From NCBI GenBank assembly GCA_030747785.1, contig JASLKC010000057.1, forward strand, positions 10,495 to 74,494: a DNA stretch of 64,000 bases. Reading direction: 5' to 3'. The position numbers and the translations under genes were made by a program. The notes beneath the pieces were generated by a model, which was not told the origin of the DNA, searched no databases, and worked only from the letters and a program-made list of their open reading frames with translations. Of this stretch, positions 21,047-30,978 are shown piece after piece (position 1 is the stretch's first letter; each line of letters opens with the position of its first letter). Source of the DNA: Candidatus Poseidoniaceae archaeon. GTDB taxonomy: Archaea > Thermoplasmatota > Poseidoniia > Poseidoniales > Poseidoniaceae.

Positions 21047-23800
21047 TCAGCGCTTTGCAAAGCGATATCCGATGCTCTCATTTGGTTTGATGTAAAGTGT
21101 AGCAGTGAATGGTTTACCCGTTTTCTTCGCTAGGAAATCCTCGAATGGCCCGACTTTCTTCTTTTCGATGAGTTCTTTCGCCTCTTCACGAGTAATAGTT
21201 CGCTTGCTAACCTCTCTTAGTAAGGAGATTGAGCAACCCTTGTCATTTTTCTCGCTTAGGTAATGTGTTTCAGTTTCGATGATTCCTACATCGTGCTTCG
21301 GGCATGTTCCAACAACACCTTTGACCACCGGAAATTTGGTTGCATCAGCAGGTGGTGCTCTAGGTGGGAATTCAAATCCTACCTTCTTTGTTTCAAGTAC
21401 AAGGAAAGCAGGGAATGGCCGTCCACGCTTACTGGTGAAATCTTCGATCAAGTCACTTTTCCCTTCGGTAAGGATTTTTCGTGCCTCATCGACACTAATG
21501 TCGCGCTTGCAAATATTCTTGCCCAATCCACGGAATTCACATTCGCCATTATCACATGCGTAATTTTTCTCACCAATTCGAATAGTTCCATGGCTACACT
21601 TCGGACATTTGCATAATTCTTCAGCGGAAACATCAACGGTTTCAGTTGGCTTTCCTGCAAATAGAATCTTGCCATCTTCACCCAATGAAATACTGGTCTC
21701 ATAGTGCTCGCCATTTCGACTGAAAAATCCGTGGAGATTGTTGATTTCCTTATTTGCAAGTAGCCTAGATGTAGTGTTTCGGTCAAACCATCTCCCACTA
21801 GCGTCCTTCCACATTACAAAGGCACAACCTTTGTCACGCCCTTCATTTTTCTCACAAATATAGGAAAGGATAGTCTCGCTTACACCACTTGCACACAGAG
21901 GGCATGTGCCGACTGGTAATTCACTTTCATAGAGTTTCGAACGGTCGTGGTCACGAATTCCATCAACCATTTCCTGCACCATTTCTCTGATACGAGACAT
22001 GTAAGATTCGCGCTGGAATTCACCTTTTTGGACCGATGCAAGTTTTGACTCCATGTCACCGGTTAGTTCTGCAGAGGTAATCCAGGAAACTGGGATTCTG
22101 CGTAAGATGTCAATGATGCGTATTCCATGTGCAGTAGCACGCAAAGAGCCACCTTTACCGCGCTCGATATATGTGCGGCTAAGCAGTTTTTCTATTGTAT
22201 CTGCACGGGTTGCTGGTGTTCCAAGTCCCTTGCCTTTCATTGCCGCAGCGAGTTCATCATCATCGATTTTCTTTCCAGCGTGTTCCATAAGGCGTAGTAA
22301 TCCGGCTTCTTTTAGACGACCTGTAGGCTTGGTTTTCTCTTCTTTGAATTCGGATGCCACAAGATCGGCATCACATGGGTTAGCAGGTAATACATTCCAG
22401 CCTTCGGGGAGGGTCTGTTTCTTTGGACGAACTGCTCTCCAGCCCGGTGTAGTGAGATGGCGTGCTTCCTTTATCCAGTCTTGGTCTTGTTTGGTAGCAA
22501 TACGCTTTTGCACTTCCCAAATTGCCTCATTGTGAAATGATGCGAGAAATTGTCGTGCAATCAAATCGTAGAGTTTCTTTGCATCTGCATTCAACCCACT
22601 ATCCGGTATTTTTCCAGTTGGAATTATGGCGAAGTGGTCGCTTACCTTTGCATTGTCAAAATTTCTACTTACATTTGCAAGACCTTGGTCAACTAGACGT
22701 TTTGAATGTTCTTCGAGAGTAGGCTGTGCTCCGAGTTGGCGTACTGTCTTGGAAATCACATCTTTCATATCCTCCGGAAGATGTCGAGAATCAGTACGTG
22801 GATAGGTAGTGAGTTTGTGAGCATCATAGAGTTCTTGTGCAACCGACAAGGTTCTGCGAGCAGACCATGACCAAATTCCATTTGCCTCTCTCTGCAAACT
22901 TGTCAAGTCGAAATTCAGAGGGACTCTTTCCTTGGAATTTCGTTGGGTTTGGTTAACTTCAAAAGTTCCTGAAGATGCTAATATCTCTTCAAGTACCTTC
23001 TTTTCCACCTCATCAGTGATTCGGTGCGCCTTCACTTCAGGATGTTCGGGGTCATCTTTGTGCCCACGCCTCTCCCATCGACCCTCAAATGATGCCTCGC
23101 CAGCAGTGAAAGTAGCGTGGAGTTCCCAGAATGGTTTTGCCTCATGTCCAAGAATTTCGAGTTCTTGGTCGACAATCATAGCTAGAGTTGCAGTTTGAAC
23201 ACGGCCCAAGGAAATCGAGGATTTGTCATTACGACTCATGCGCAAGAATGTCGATGCAACCCGTGAACCATTCATTCCAATTATCCAATCTGCTTCTGCG
23301 CGCGATATTGCAGCAGCGCGTAATGGATCGTAATCAGATGCTGGTGCTCTATGCTCCCATGCAATCTCAATAGCGTCACGTGTGAGAGACTGCAACCACA
23401 TTCGGCTCATAGGAACCTTGACTTTACTGAATTCTACTATACGACGAAAAATCAACTCTCCTTCACGTGCAGCGTCACAGGCATTCACAACTTCAGTGCA
23501 ATCCTTAGCGGTGATCAATTTCTTAATGGCAGTCAATTGTTTGCGATTATTTCCGCGTCCAGTAATTGGTTTGAGTTGGAATTCTTCTGGTATGAATGGT
23601 AAACGGTCAATTGTACCACGCCAGGATTTGAATGCTTCATCGTATTCTTCAGGAGTCTTGAGTTCGAGCAAATGTCCTACTGCCCAAGTAACAATAATGT
23701 CATCATTTGCCCAATGGGTTTCGTGCTTTGTAGAAACCCCGAGAGTCTTTGCAATATCAGCCGCCACACTTGGCTTCTCAGCGATAATGACGGATGGCAT
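21047..23800 (-). CDS. topB: Type IA DNA topoisomerase, bacterial topoisomerase III-like
   Basis: 'IAEKPSVA', 'DAAREGELIF', 'SLGRVQT', active-site 'TYPRTDS', 'GLGTPATRA'. C-terminal CPxC zinc ribbons and 'F.SK.GRPF.A.L' repeats. Confidence 0.88.
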   Translation of the reverse strand: MPSVIIAEKPSVAADIAKTLGVSTKHETHWANDDIIVTWAVGHLLELKTPEEYDEAFKSWRGTIDRLPFIPEEFQLKPITGRGNNRKQLTAIKKLITAKDCTEVVNACDAAREGELIFRRIVEFSKVKVPMSRMWLQSLTRDAIEIAWEHRAPASDYDPLRAAAISRAEADWIIGMNGSRVASTFLRMSRNDKSSISLGRVQTATLAMIVDQELEILGHEAKPFWELHATFTAGEASFEGRWERRGHKDDPEHPEVKAHRITDEVEKKVLEEILASSGTFEVNQTQRNSKERVPLNFDLTSLQREANGIWSWSARRTLSVAQELYDAHKLTTYPRTDSRHLPEDMKDVISKTVRQLGAQPTLEEHSKRLVDQGLANVSRNFDNAKVSDHFAIIPTGKIPDSGLNADAKKLYDLIARQFLASFHNEAIWEVQKRIATKQDQDWIKEARHLTTPGWRAVRPKKQTLPEGWNVLPANPCDADLVASEFKEEKTKPTGRLKEAGLLRLMEHAGKKIDDDELAAAMKGKGLGTPATRADTIEKLLSRTYIERGKGGSLRATAHGIRIIDILRRIPVSWITSAELTGDMESKLASVQKGEFQRESYMSRIREMVQEMVDGIRDHDRSKLYESELPVGTCPLCASGVSETILSYICEKNEGRDKGCAFVMWKDASGRWFDRNTTSRLLANKEINNLHGFFSRNGEHYETSISLGEDGKILFAGKPTETVDVSAEELCKCPKCSHGTIRIGEKNYACDNGECEFRGLGKNICKRDISVDEARKILTEGKSDLIEDFTSKRGRPFPAFLVLETKKVGFEFPPRAPPADATKFPVVKGVVGTCPKHDVGIIETETHYLSEKNDKGCSISLLREVSKRTITREEAKELIEKKKVGPFEDFLAKKTGKPFTATLYIKPNESIGYRFAKR

Positions 23801-23892
23801 GATTCGGCGGGGGATTGACGAGGCTACTTGAAGGCTCGCTAAAGATGGATTTCTGGCAGGTACTATAGTACCTGTAAAAATTAAGGTATTTT

Positions 23893-24276
23893 TTAGGTAG
23901 AGAAATTCGCTCTTCGGGACTTCTCATCCCAGACTCCTTCAGCACCAGGTCCGGCACAACCAACACAACCTGGATATCCAGCCTCGAGAAGGTCGAAAAC
24001 CTGTTCTTCAAATTCTTCGTATGTTCCACCCGGAACCCAGCAAGATTTGAGTGAAGGTTCATCCCCACCAATTCGGAATAGACCATCGACTCCTAGTTCG
24101 CCTTCAATAATAGTTGGGAGATTTATTTTTGAAGGGATATTGTCAGCGATTGCTTGTACAACTTTGTGTGCATCTGTGACATTATCTATCGAAACTTGCA
24201 GGACACATCCATCGGCTTTGAGGAATCTACGCGCTGCTTCGCGCAGGGATTGCCAGCGTTCATCGCTCATGTCCAT
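23893..24276 (-). CDS. Hypothetical protein with C-terminal 'GYPGCVGC' motif
   Basis: Fills the gap between topB and pyrD. Start at Met 24276 inferred from TTCAAG at -30. Confidence 0.55.
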   Translation of the reverse strand: MDMSDERWQSLREAARRFLKADGCVLQVSIDNVTDAHKVVQAIADNIPSKINLPTIIEGELGVDGLFRIGGDEPSLKSCWVPGGTYEEFEEQVFDLLEAGYPGCVGCAGPGAEGVWDEKSRRANFST

Positions 24277-24332
24277 ATTCAGTGGCATGTGCGGGCAAGA
24301 CTTGAAGGATGCGCTGCACGCCGAATGTATTG

Positions 24333-25412
24333 ATGGGCCTACCACACATGCTACTCGCACGGCCGTTAATGGCCATCATGGATAGCGAGAAGGCACATGG
24401 TAGGGCATTACTTGCACTTCGAATTACCAGTGCAACGGGATTGGGTCGGCTAATGCTTAGAGTATTATATCGGCCAAAGGCTGTGCCGAGCGAATGTTTC
24501 TCGATGCAATTCCCCAATCCATTAGGGCTTGCAGCAGGTATGGATAAGAAAGCAGAAGCGATGATTGGGTGGGATCAAATCGGTTTCGGATTCATTGAAA
24601 TCGGTGGGGTCACCATGGAGGAGCAAGATGGCAACCCTAAGCCACGAATGTTCCGTTCATCCAAACATGGAGCATTGGTTAACCGCATGGGATTCAACAA
24701 CCCCGGCTCGCAAAAAATCGCTCAACATTTAGCTAAGGTGCGAAAACCCACAGTACCACTTCTACTGAATATAGGCAAGTCGAAAATCACATCTCTCGAA
24801 GATGCCCATCTCGATTATGCAACCACAGTAGAGCGTTGTGAAAAATTCGTCGATGGATTTGTCATCAATGTCTCTTCACCAAATACACCCAATCTTAGGG
24901 AGTTACAGAAGGATGAGGACCTTGCTAGAATAATCAAAGCGGTTCAAACTCATAGTGGTGAGAAACCTGTACTCGTCAAAATTTCCCCAGACTTAGGGAA
25001 TGCCCAAATCATTAGCATCACAGATACAGCGCGTGATCTTGGTTGCGCAGGTATCATTGCAACCAATACTACAGTTGAGCGCCCTGATGATTCGAAAACT
25101 ATGACTGAGACCGGCGGTCTTTCGGGAAAGCCTCTTGCAAATCGTTCTACCGAAGTAATCAGACTGATCGCCGACCATACAGATGGAGGATGGCCAATTA
25201 TTGGCGTAGGTGGAATATCAAATGCTGATGATGCCTGGGAGAAGATTACCAATGGCGCTTCACTGATACAGATTTATTCTGCACTCGTCTTCCAAGGCGC
25301 AGGTTCGGTTAAGTCAATTGTCAATGGACTCGATAGGAAATTGAAGGCAGCAGGTTTGACTACGCTTGATGAAGCGGTTGGAATAGCGAGGACTGGAAAT
25401 GTTAACCCATAG
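24333..25412 (+). CDS. pyrD: Quinone-dependent (class 2) dihydroorotate dehydrogenase
   Basis: 'NPLGLAAGMDK', 'GNPKPRMFR', 'NRMGFNN', 'INVSSPNTPNLR' (catalytic Ser), 'GGLSGKPL', 'IIGVGGI'. Confidence 0.93.
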   Translation: MGLPHMLLARPLMAIMDSEKAHGRALLALRITSATGLGRLMLRVLYRPKAVPSECFSMQFPNPLGLAAGMDKKAEAMIGWDQIGFGFIEIGGVTMEEQDGNPKPRMFRSSKHGALVNRMGFNNPGSQKIAQHLAKVRKPTVPLLLNIGKSKITSLEDAHLDYATTVERCEKFVDGFVINVSSPNTPNLRELQKDEDLARIIKAVQTHSGEKPVLVKISPDLGNAQIISITDTARDLGCAGIIATNTTVERPDDSKTMTETGGLSGKPLANRSTEVIRLIADHTDGGWPIIGVGGISNADDAWEKITNGASLIQIYSALVFQGAGSVKSIVNGLDRKLKAAGLTTLDEAVGIARTGNVNP

Positions 25413-25788
25413 GGCTCGCCTTCTGATAGTAGGTCTTGTCCTGACCGCGCTACTTGCCGCTACTTTGCTCTTAGAGGCGCCTGAAGCCACTCGGACAGTT
25501 GATGTGGTGATGAGCGACCCCGAGAGTCTTGAAGGCCGTACAATCGCAATTCGTGGCGAAGTTCAAGATGGTTCAATCAACAATACTTCTGACACCTTCA
25601 TTCTTCATGGTGAAATGTATGAACTCAGTATCGATTTCACCAAGGCTACAGTTTCGAATGGACTAGCCGATAATAGAACCGTATATGCTGAAGGAATACT
25701 AGTGCACGATGGAGATAGTTGGGTCTTTGAAGCTGATATTATCAAAACCTCTTGCCCTTCAAAGTACGAAGCCGAAACCACTGAATAA
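25399..25788 (+). CDS. ccmE: Cytochrome c maturation heme chaperone CcmE (CxxxY type)
   Basis: N-terminal TM, OB-fold-like 'IRGEV..GSI' and 'VYAEG', C-terminal 'SCPSKY'. Confidence 0.8.
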   Translation: MLTHRARLLIVGLVLTALLAATLLLEAPEATRTVDVVMSDPESLEGRTIAIRGEVQDGSINNTSDTFILHGEMYELSIDFTKATVSNGLADNRTVYAEGILVHDGDSWVFEADIIKTSCPSKYEAETTE

Positions 25789-25828
25789 GGCCCCGATGCC
25801 TTCAAATCAGTCCGCTGTCACGGCCTGT

Positions 25829-26125
25829 TGGGATAGGAGGGGAGTTTGCGTGCCCTATACCGCAAATCGCAAATGGCGGTCCGAATGCCGAGGGGCGGCT
25901 CAGCCGGTCCATGGATTCCCACAGGCGGACGTCGATGTCTCGCCCCCACGTGACCCGGGTGTCATGAACCGAAGCCGGAAGGAGTCGGGAACCGAATAAC
26001 CGGGGGATCAGGTCAGGCCGGGAACGGAGCAGCCCTACCTGGGGCCATGGGTGCCGAGGGGTAACGGGACGGAGGAAGTCTGTGGACTTGGTCCATGGGT
26101 ACGAGGGTCCACCCTCGGTTTCCCA
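25829..26125 (+). ncRNA. ffs: Archaeal signal recognition particle (7S) RNA
   Basis: GC-rich island of about 300 nt. Helix-8 motif CAGGCCG-GGAA-CGG-AGCAGC at 26014-26033, Alu-like 5' domain, and complementary ends (TGGGA..GAGGG / CCCTC..TCCCA). TTCAAA box about 28 nt upstream. Confidence 0.9.
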
Positions 26126-26126
26126 C

Positions 26127-29100
26127 TCATCTTTGTGCAATGATGAAACAGCCTATGTGCTTCACTGGTTCGCCATTTGAAATTCTTCCTTCCGAGGAAT
26201 AGATGTCATCCTTTGATGAGATTCTAACCATGTATGTTGTTGGGTCGGAATCGAATAATCTTCCGTGCTTAGAATGATGATGGACGAATACGTGATACGA
26301 TCCACTAGGTGCAGATTGCATCCAAAGAACATTCTCAATTGGCCTCTTGGTCCTACCCTTTGCATTCATGTCGAGTTCGAGGTTCCCGCCATCACTGGAT
26401 TGGCGGTTTCCATGGTGAATAATCTCTCCACTAGGGGTGCGAATTAACAAATCTAAATCATTCAAATTATCCCATAATAGAGTAAAGGTAAGGGGGCCAA
26501 CACTTGCATTTTCTTTATTCATTCGTTTAACGAATTCATCGTTTCTCTCGCAGCCTTCGATGAAAGTACTTTGACTTGCAGCAATAGAGGCCTCAAGAAT
26601 CTGTGATAGGTTTGCGGACCTTCTTTCGAATCTCTCAGTTTCTTCTTTCTGAATTCGCAATTCCTCCGCCTTGATTTCCAGCAGCCTCAACAATTGAGTT
26701 CCATCATTATCATTAACGCCGGAAATCTCCATCGAGATTGCATCTTCATATGTTGATAACGATTCTATTGTACTCTTAATCCTTCTCACATTCTCTCTTT
26801 CTAACTCCTGTTGTTCATTCTTTCTTACTTCAGTCAATTTCTTTTCAAAAGCGGACTTAATCTTTTCAGCATCCTTGTCAAACAATTCCAATTGAGGTAG
26901 TTCACGAAGGTCATCTGAGACTTGGGCATTTGCGATTGAATTTGCGAGTAATTTGTAATTGGTGCGCATGGTATCTTTTCGAGTTCTTTCAGCAAACTTC
27001 TCCAATGATGCCCGCTGTTTTTCAAGTCTTTTCTCAACTTTCGGTATTTGCTCAGCAGCAACACCAGTGAATTCAATTTGGTCTAATTGCTCAACATTCT
27101 GAGCGTCGTTAATTGCAGCGATTACAATATCCATGGCCTCATCTTCCTTCTCAAGCCTGATACGTTCTACTAATTCGGTGAGATATTCAACACGATTCTC
27201 CCTTTCGGCTGTGAATTCTTCGATATTCATCGGTGAAAGCAACATGCCATTCAATTCGGGTAAAGATTCAGGATTTTCAGCAGTGGCAAGCTGATGCCAT
27301 AGAGTAGCTCGATTATCTCGTTCTCTCGCAATCATCTCTCCACGTGCAACGGGGTCAGAAATTGAGACACTTGCAACCCAGAGTACCTTCGTACTCTCTT
27401 CCAATGTGCAGGAAAATGCAGAGATTAGTGGGCCGTCCTGTACTCGAACCTTCAACGCAGATTTCGCACCAATTAGAGATCTATTTTCCTTAAACCATAC
27501 GAATACATCATACTGGCCGCCGGGAGTGTCTTGCGAATCCCAAATGATATTTTCAAGAGGATCAGAAATTGGAGAATCGGCATTCATTTCAATGTCGATA
27601 CGTCCGCCGCTATTGCTATTTTTTCCTTTGTAGATTAGTGATGAATCAGGGCATCTAATAATTACATCTAGGTCATTTTTGTCATTCCAAAGCAGGGTGA
27701 ACATTACATCACTGTACTGACCCTCATACTCCATCAGACGCTGCAATGTTTCTTCTTCGAATCCGGAGTCGAATTCGATTGCATTATCGGGCTGAGTTTG
27801 CAGAGCAATTCCGATTCCTTCAGTGAGGATTACACCAAGTTCGATTTCATCGGTTTTCTCCTCTATTAATTCCAAGAATTCCTCTATTTGTTCATCTCTC
27901 AAATTTCTTAATGGAATATGCTCTAAATCTTTCAATTCAACTGCATTTTCTATGGTGAGCTTATTGTTGTTATAGGTTTGATTTTGTAGATGTATTAGAC
28001 GTTGAGCACGACGATTTTCCAATTCTTCAAATTGTTGGATTCCAACATTGTAAAAATTCTTGGTAAGCAATTCTTCCATGTCTTCGCATGTTTCGATAAT
28101 ACCACAATATTTGTTGAATTTCTTCGCCTGTTTTTTCAGTCGTAATTCTTCAACCAAAGTCTGGCGTTTTTCTTGCATTTTAGTCTTGATTTTATCCATT
28201 CTTCCCTCGCTCAAATCAGGGATTTCAATAGCGTCGATTTGCAGTGCACTTTCTGCGAAATCTATGCTGCCCATTACTATTCCATATTGCAAGTCGCCTC
28301 TACGCTTGTCACGAATGACTTCGAGAATTCGTTCTTGATTTGTATTTACGCTACTAATCACGATTGCGTCAAGTCCTTCCAATGAAGAGACATCCATCAT
28401 TTCTTTATCGATTTTCTCAAACGCATCCCGCTCTACTTCTGCGATATTCTTTACAATTAATTCGTACTTTCTCTTATTGGATAGGGTTTGCAATTTTTCA
28501 ATCATTACTGGTGTGAATGGGCTGAAATTTAACCGGATTAGTTCTTCTAAGTCATTAATTAGTGGGATCTCATGGGATAAAGTATTGTATTTTTCCTCAG
28601 TAACGATTATTTTACGTCTTTCATCCTTCAATCCCGCAAGAGATTTACTTGCAGTCTCACTTGCAATGTCAACTTCTATCGCATCGATTTCCTCAACACT
28701 TCTTGCATTGCAAATCGATATTCGAATCGCTTCAATATCCTGTCTATCTTCCAATCTAGTTTTGAGGTCTTGTAGTTCTTCATCTAAGGTCGAAACGAAC
28801 TTTTCTTTTGATTTAATATCGAGTTCTTCTCTATCCTCTTCGACAATCTCTTTTTCCTTACCGAGTAAGTTTTCTTTCAGGTCATTGAGCATTTCCGATA
28901 ATTCAGCCATGCGATTTTCGAGTTCTGTACCCTCTAATACATCTAATCCGAATTGTAGACTTTCATCGGTTGGAAGTTCCAATCTAACCTGATGTGTGTG
29001 TATGGAGCGAATTATTGCAAGAACTTCTTTTCTGCGTAATAATGTAGTGGACAATTCGGATTCTAGATTTGTCATAACTTGGTCATGCTCGACAATTTTT

Positions 29101-29381
29101 TGGCGTAAGGCCATCCTTTCACTGATCAATTTTGTAGATTTACTTTCGTAATCTGGAAGTGAGAATGTCTTTTCTTCGACCTCTTCAACCGCCTCTATTT
29201 TTAGTTTGACCTTGGTTATTTTTAGTTGGGGGGGTATGGTGTTCCAAAGTGCACCGATCTCACGGGCATCATCTGGGACAACCACATTCTCGGGCTTGTT
29301 TTCCCGTTTTGCAATTTGGTAGATGCCATATCCAAAACCCACAAGAAATATACCTGAAATAATTGTGAATATATCGGCCAT
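26127..29381 (-). CDS. Membrane-anchored coiled-coil/helical-repeat protein with two YfaP (DUF2135)-like domains
   Basis: N-terminal TM and two copies of 'FTLLWxxxNDLD..I..P....I.......GG.(L/I)...MN......P.EN..W......G.Y.VFV'. Start may be 29393. Confidence 0.7.
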   Translation of the reverse strand: MADIFTIISGIFLVGFGYGIYQIAKRENKPENVVVPDDAREIGALWNTIPPQLKITKVKLKIEAVEEVEEKTFSLPDYESKSTKLISERMALRQKIVEHDQVMTNLESELSTTLLRRKEVLAIIRSIHTHQVRLELPTDESLQFGLDVLEGTELENRMAELSEMLNDLKENLLGKEKEIVEEDREELDIKSKEKFVSTLDEELQDLKTRLEDRQDIEAIRISICNARSVEEIDAIEVDIASETASKSLAGLKDERRKIIVTEEKYNTLSHEIPLINDLEELIRLNFSPFTPVMIEKLQTLSNKRKYELIVKNIAEVERDAFEKIDKEMMDVSSLEGLDAIVISSVNTNQERILEVIRDKRRGDLQYGIVMGSIDFAESALQIDAIEIPDLSEGRMDKIKTKMQEKRQTLVEELRLKKQAKKFNKYCGIIETCEDMEELLTKNFYNVGIQQFEELENRRAQRLIHLQNQTYNNNKLTIENAVELKDLEHIPLRNLRDEQIEEFLELIEEKTDEIELGVILTEGIGIALQTQPDNAIEFDSGFEEETLQRLMEYEGQYSDVMFTLLWNDKNDLDVIIRCPDSSLIYKGKNSNSGGRIDIEMNADSPISDPLENIIWDSQDTPGGQYDVFVWFKENRSLIGAKSALKVRVQDGPLISAFSCTLEESTKVLWVASVSISDPVARGEMIARERDNRATLWHQLATAENPESLPELNGMLLSPMNIEEFTAERENRVEYLTELVERIRLEKEDEAMDIVIAAINDAQNVEQLDQIEFTGVAAEQIPKVEKRLEKQRASLEKFAERTRKDTMRTNYKLLANSIANAQVSDDLRELPQLELFDKDAEKIKSAFEKKLTEVRKNEQQELERENVRRIKSTIESLSTYEDAISMEISGVNDNDGTQLLRLLEIKAEELRIQKEETERFERRSANLSQILEASIAASQSTFIEGCERNDEFVKRMNKENASVGPLTFTLLWDNLNDLDLLIRTPSGEIIHHGNRQSSDGGNLELDMNAKGRTKRPIENVLWMQSAPSGSYHVFVHHHSKHGRLFDSDPTTYMVRISSKDDIYSSEGRISNGEPVKHIGCFIIAQR

Positions 29382-29427
29382 GTTACCCCCCAATCAAACA
29401 TTCACCAAAGTATTAACTCAATTTAAT

Positions 29428-29895
29428 TCAGATGTCAAATACTACATCGGCAAACCATCCTGGGCCGTTAAAACTCGGTATTTCGGGCCACTGTGAGTGT
29501 ATGGTTTCTTCTGCGCTTACTTCTCGGAATGCGAATTCATGAGTTGTTACAGCCTTGATTTCAACTTCAAGGCTAACATCGCTCTTTGCAACATATGAGA
29601 CTTGAGCTTCAATCATTCCCTCACGAATCATCGGCTGGCAATCAATCAAAAATTCATCATGTACTTCAGACCTGAATAATATTTCATCAAGCCATTTCAC
29701 TACAAGAAGATCAGTTTCACCTTCATGGCTTACTTCCCAGCGTGCAACATTACGTGTGAGTGCATTCAGATCCTGTCCTTCCTCAAGGAGGATAGATTGC
29801 ATTCCTACAGTCAGTTCACGTAGTAAATCTCCTTGGTTACGCCCGAATGCTCTGATTCCAACATCTGCTGTTGTGGGTCGCACCCAATGGCTCAA
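29428..29895 (-). CDS. Archease
   Basis: 'TTADVGIRAFG', 'KWLDEILF', 'EIKAVTTH', C-terminal 'VVFDI'. TTG start preceded by GAGGTGA. Confidence 0.85.
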   Translation of the reverse strand: MSHWVRPTTADVGIRAFGRNQGDLLRELTVGMQSILLEEGQDLNALTRNVARWEVSHEGETDLLVVKWLDEILFRSEVHDEFLIDCQPMIREGMIEAQVSYVAKSDVSLEVEIKAVTTHEFAFREVSAEETIHSQWPEIPSFNGPGWFADVVFDI

Positions 29896-29899
29896 AATA

Positions 29900-30952
29900 T
29901 CACCTCTGAGAGATTTGCATACTCCATGCAACTTGGTCGAGACGGTCGGCCAAAGCATCTCCAGTGAGGGTGAATTCCTGATCTGCGGCCATGATACACT
30001 CACATGCAGCATTTGCAAGTTGAGCAGTACCATTAACATCCAATCCTATTCTTACAGCAGCAGCGATTGCGACAGCAGCAGCATCAATGATTCCAATTAC
30101 TCCACTTGGGCTCTCAAGTGTACAAGGGACATGGATAGTTTCACCATCGCTTGTATAGACGGTAACTCCATTTTCACCTTCAAGGACAAGCAGGTTCCCC
30201 CATTCATTATCCTTGATCAATTTAGTTGCTGCTTCAGGTGAATTTGAACATGCAAGTCTCTTGGCCATCAGGTCTAGACCCCGAGTTTGGAATACTACCC
30301 AATCTGCGCCCTGAGTCCTGTGTAATCCCGTTAATTTGGGGTCACAGATAATCGGAACACCGGCGACCTTTGCAGCGTTGACCAGTCGCCCTGCTCCTTC
30401 ATCAGTAATCACGCCCTGGCCATAATCTGAGATGATTAGAACATCAGCCTTAGCGATTCTATCTACCGCTTGGTCGATGATAGATGCAAGGGCCTCACTT
30501 GGCATGGGTGAATCATCATCGATATCCCAGCGCAATAGGAGTTGTTCGTTACTAATCAGGTATTCACGTCCAGCAATTAGGCGCGTTTTCACAGTTGTAG
30601 TGCGTCCTTCGATGATAGCAATTCCATCGCATTCTACATCTTCGCCTTCTAAAGCTTCGATGATATTTCCTCCTGATTCATCATCGCCAACTACCCCGAA
30701 TAGGATTGCATCAAGACCCACATTTTCCAATCCCCTTGCGACGTGAGCAGCAGCGCCAACGTCTTCGTGCCGGCGAGTTTCTTTCAAGACGGGAACAGGT
30801 GCTCTACTGTTGAGGTTGTTCGCATATCCGTGAATATATCGATCGAGCATAATGTCTCCAACCAATACTACAGCACCAGTCAAACTCGTGATTCGATTTT
30901 GCAGTTCAACCAATCGGTCATGTACCACTTGGTCGACATCATTCATTCCCAT
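29900..30952 (-). CDS. PfkB-family, RfaE/HldE kinase-like protein (catalytic motifs degenerate)
   Basis: 'VGDIMLDRYIHG', 'APVPV', 'GVVGDD..G', 'TTVKTR', 'ISDYGQG', 'DPK'. The GAGD motif reads GIID. Confidence 0.75.
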   Translation of the reverse strand: MGMNDVDQVVHDRLVELQNRITSLTGAVVLVGDIMLDRYIHGYANNLNSRAPVPVLKETRRHEDVGAAAHVARGLENVGLDAILFGVVGDDESGGNIIEALEGEDVECDGIAIIEGRTTTVKTRLIAGREYLISNEQLLLRWDIDDDSPMPSEALASIIDQAVDRIAKADVLIISDYGQGVITDEGAGRLVNAAKVAGVPIICDPKLTGLHRTQGADWVVFQTRGLDLMAKRLACSNSPEAATKLIKDNEWGNLLVLEGENGVTVYTSDGETIHVPCTLESPSGVIGIIDAAAVAIAAAVRIGLDVNGTAQLANAACECIMAADQEFTLTGDALADRLDQVAWSMQISQR

Positions 30953-30978
30953 GTTTCTTCCCCCGAGGCTTTGGTTTT

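Noticed and set aside
25829..26125. RNase P RNA or rRNA fragment as the identity of the GC-rich island
   Set aside because: A GAGGAAGTC-like string is present, but I found no matching RNase P P4 3' strand. The helix-8 motif, Alu-like domain, length and paired ends fit SRP RNA.
25709..26140. ORFs 25709-25999 (+) and 25802-26140 (-)
   Set aside because: They overlap the GC-rich SRP RNA, and their translations look non-biological.
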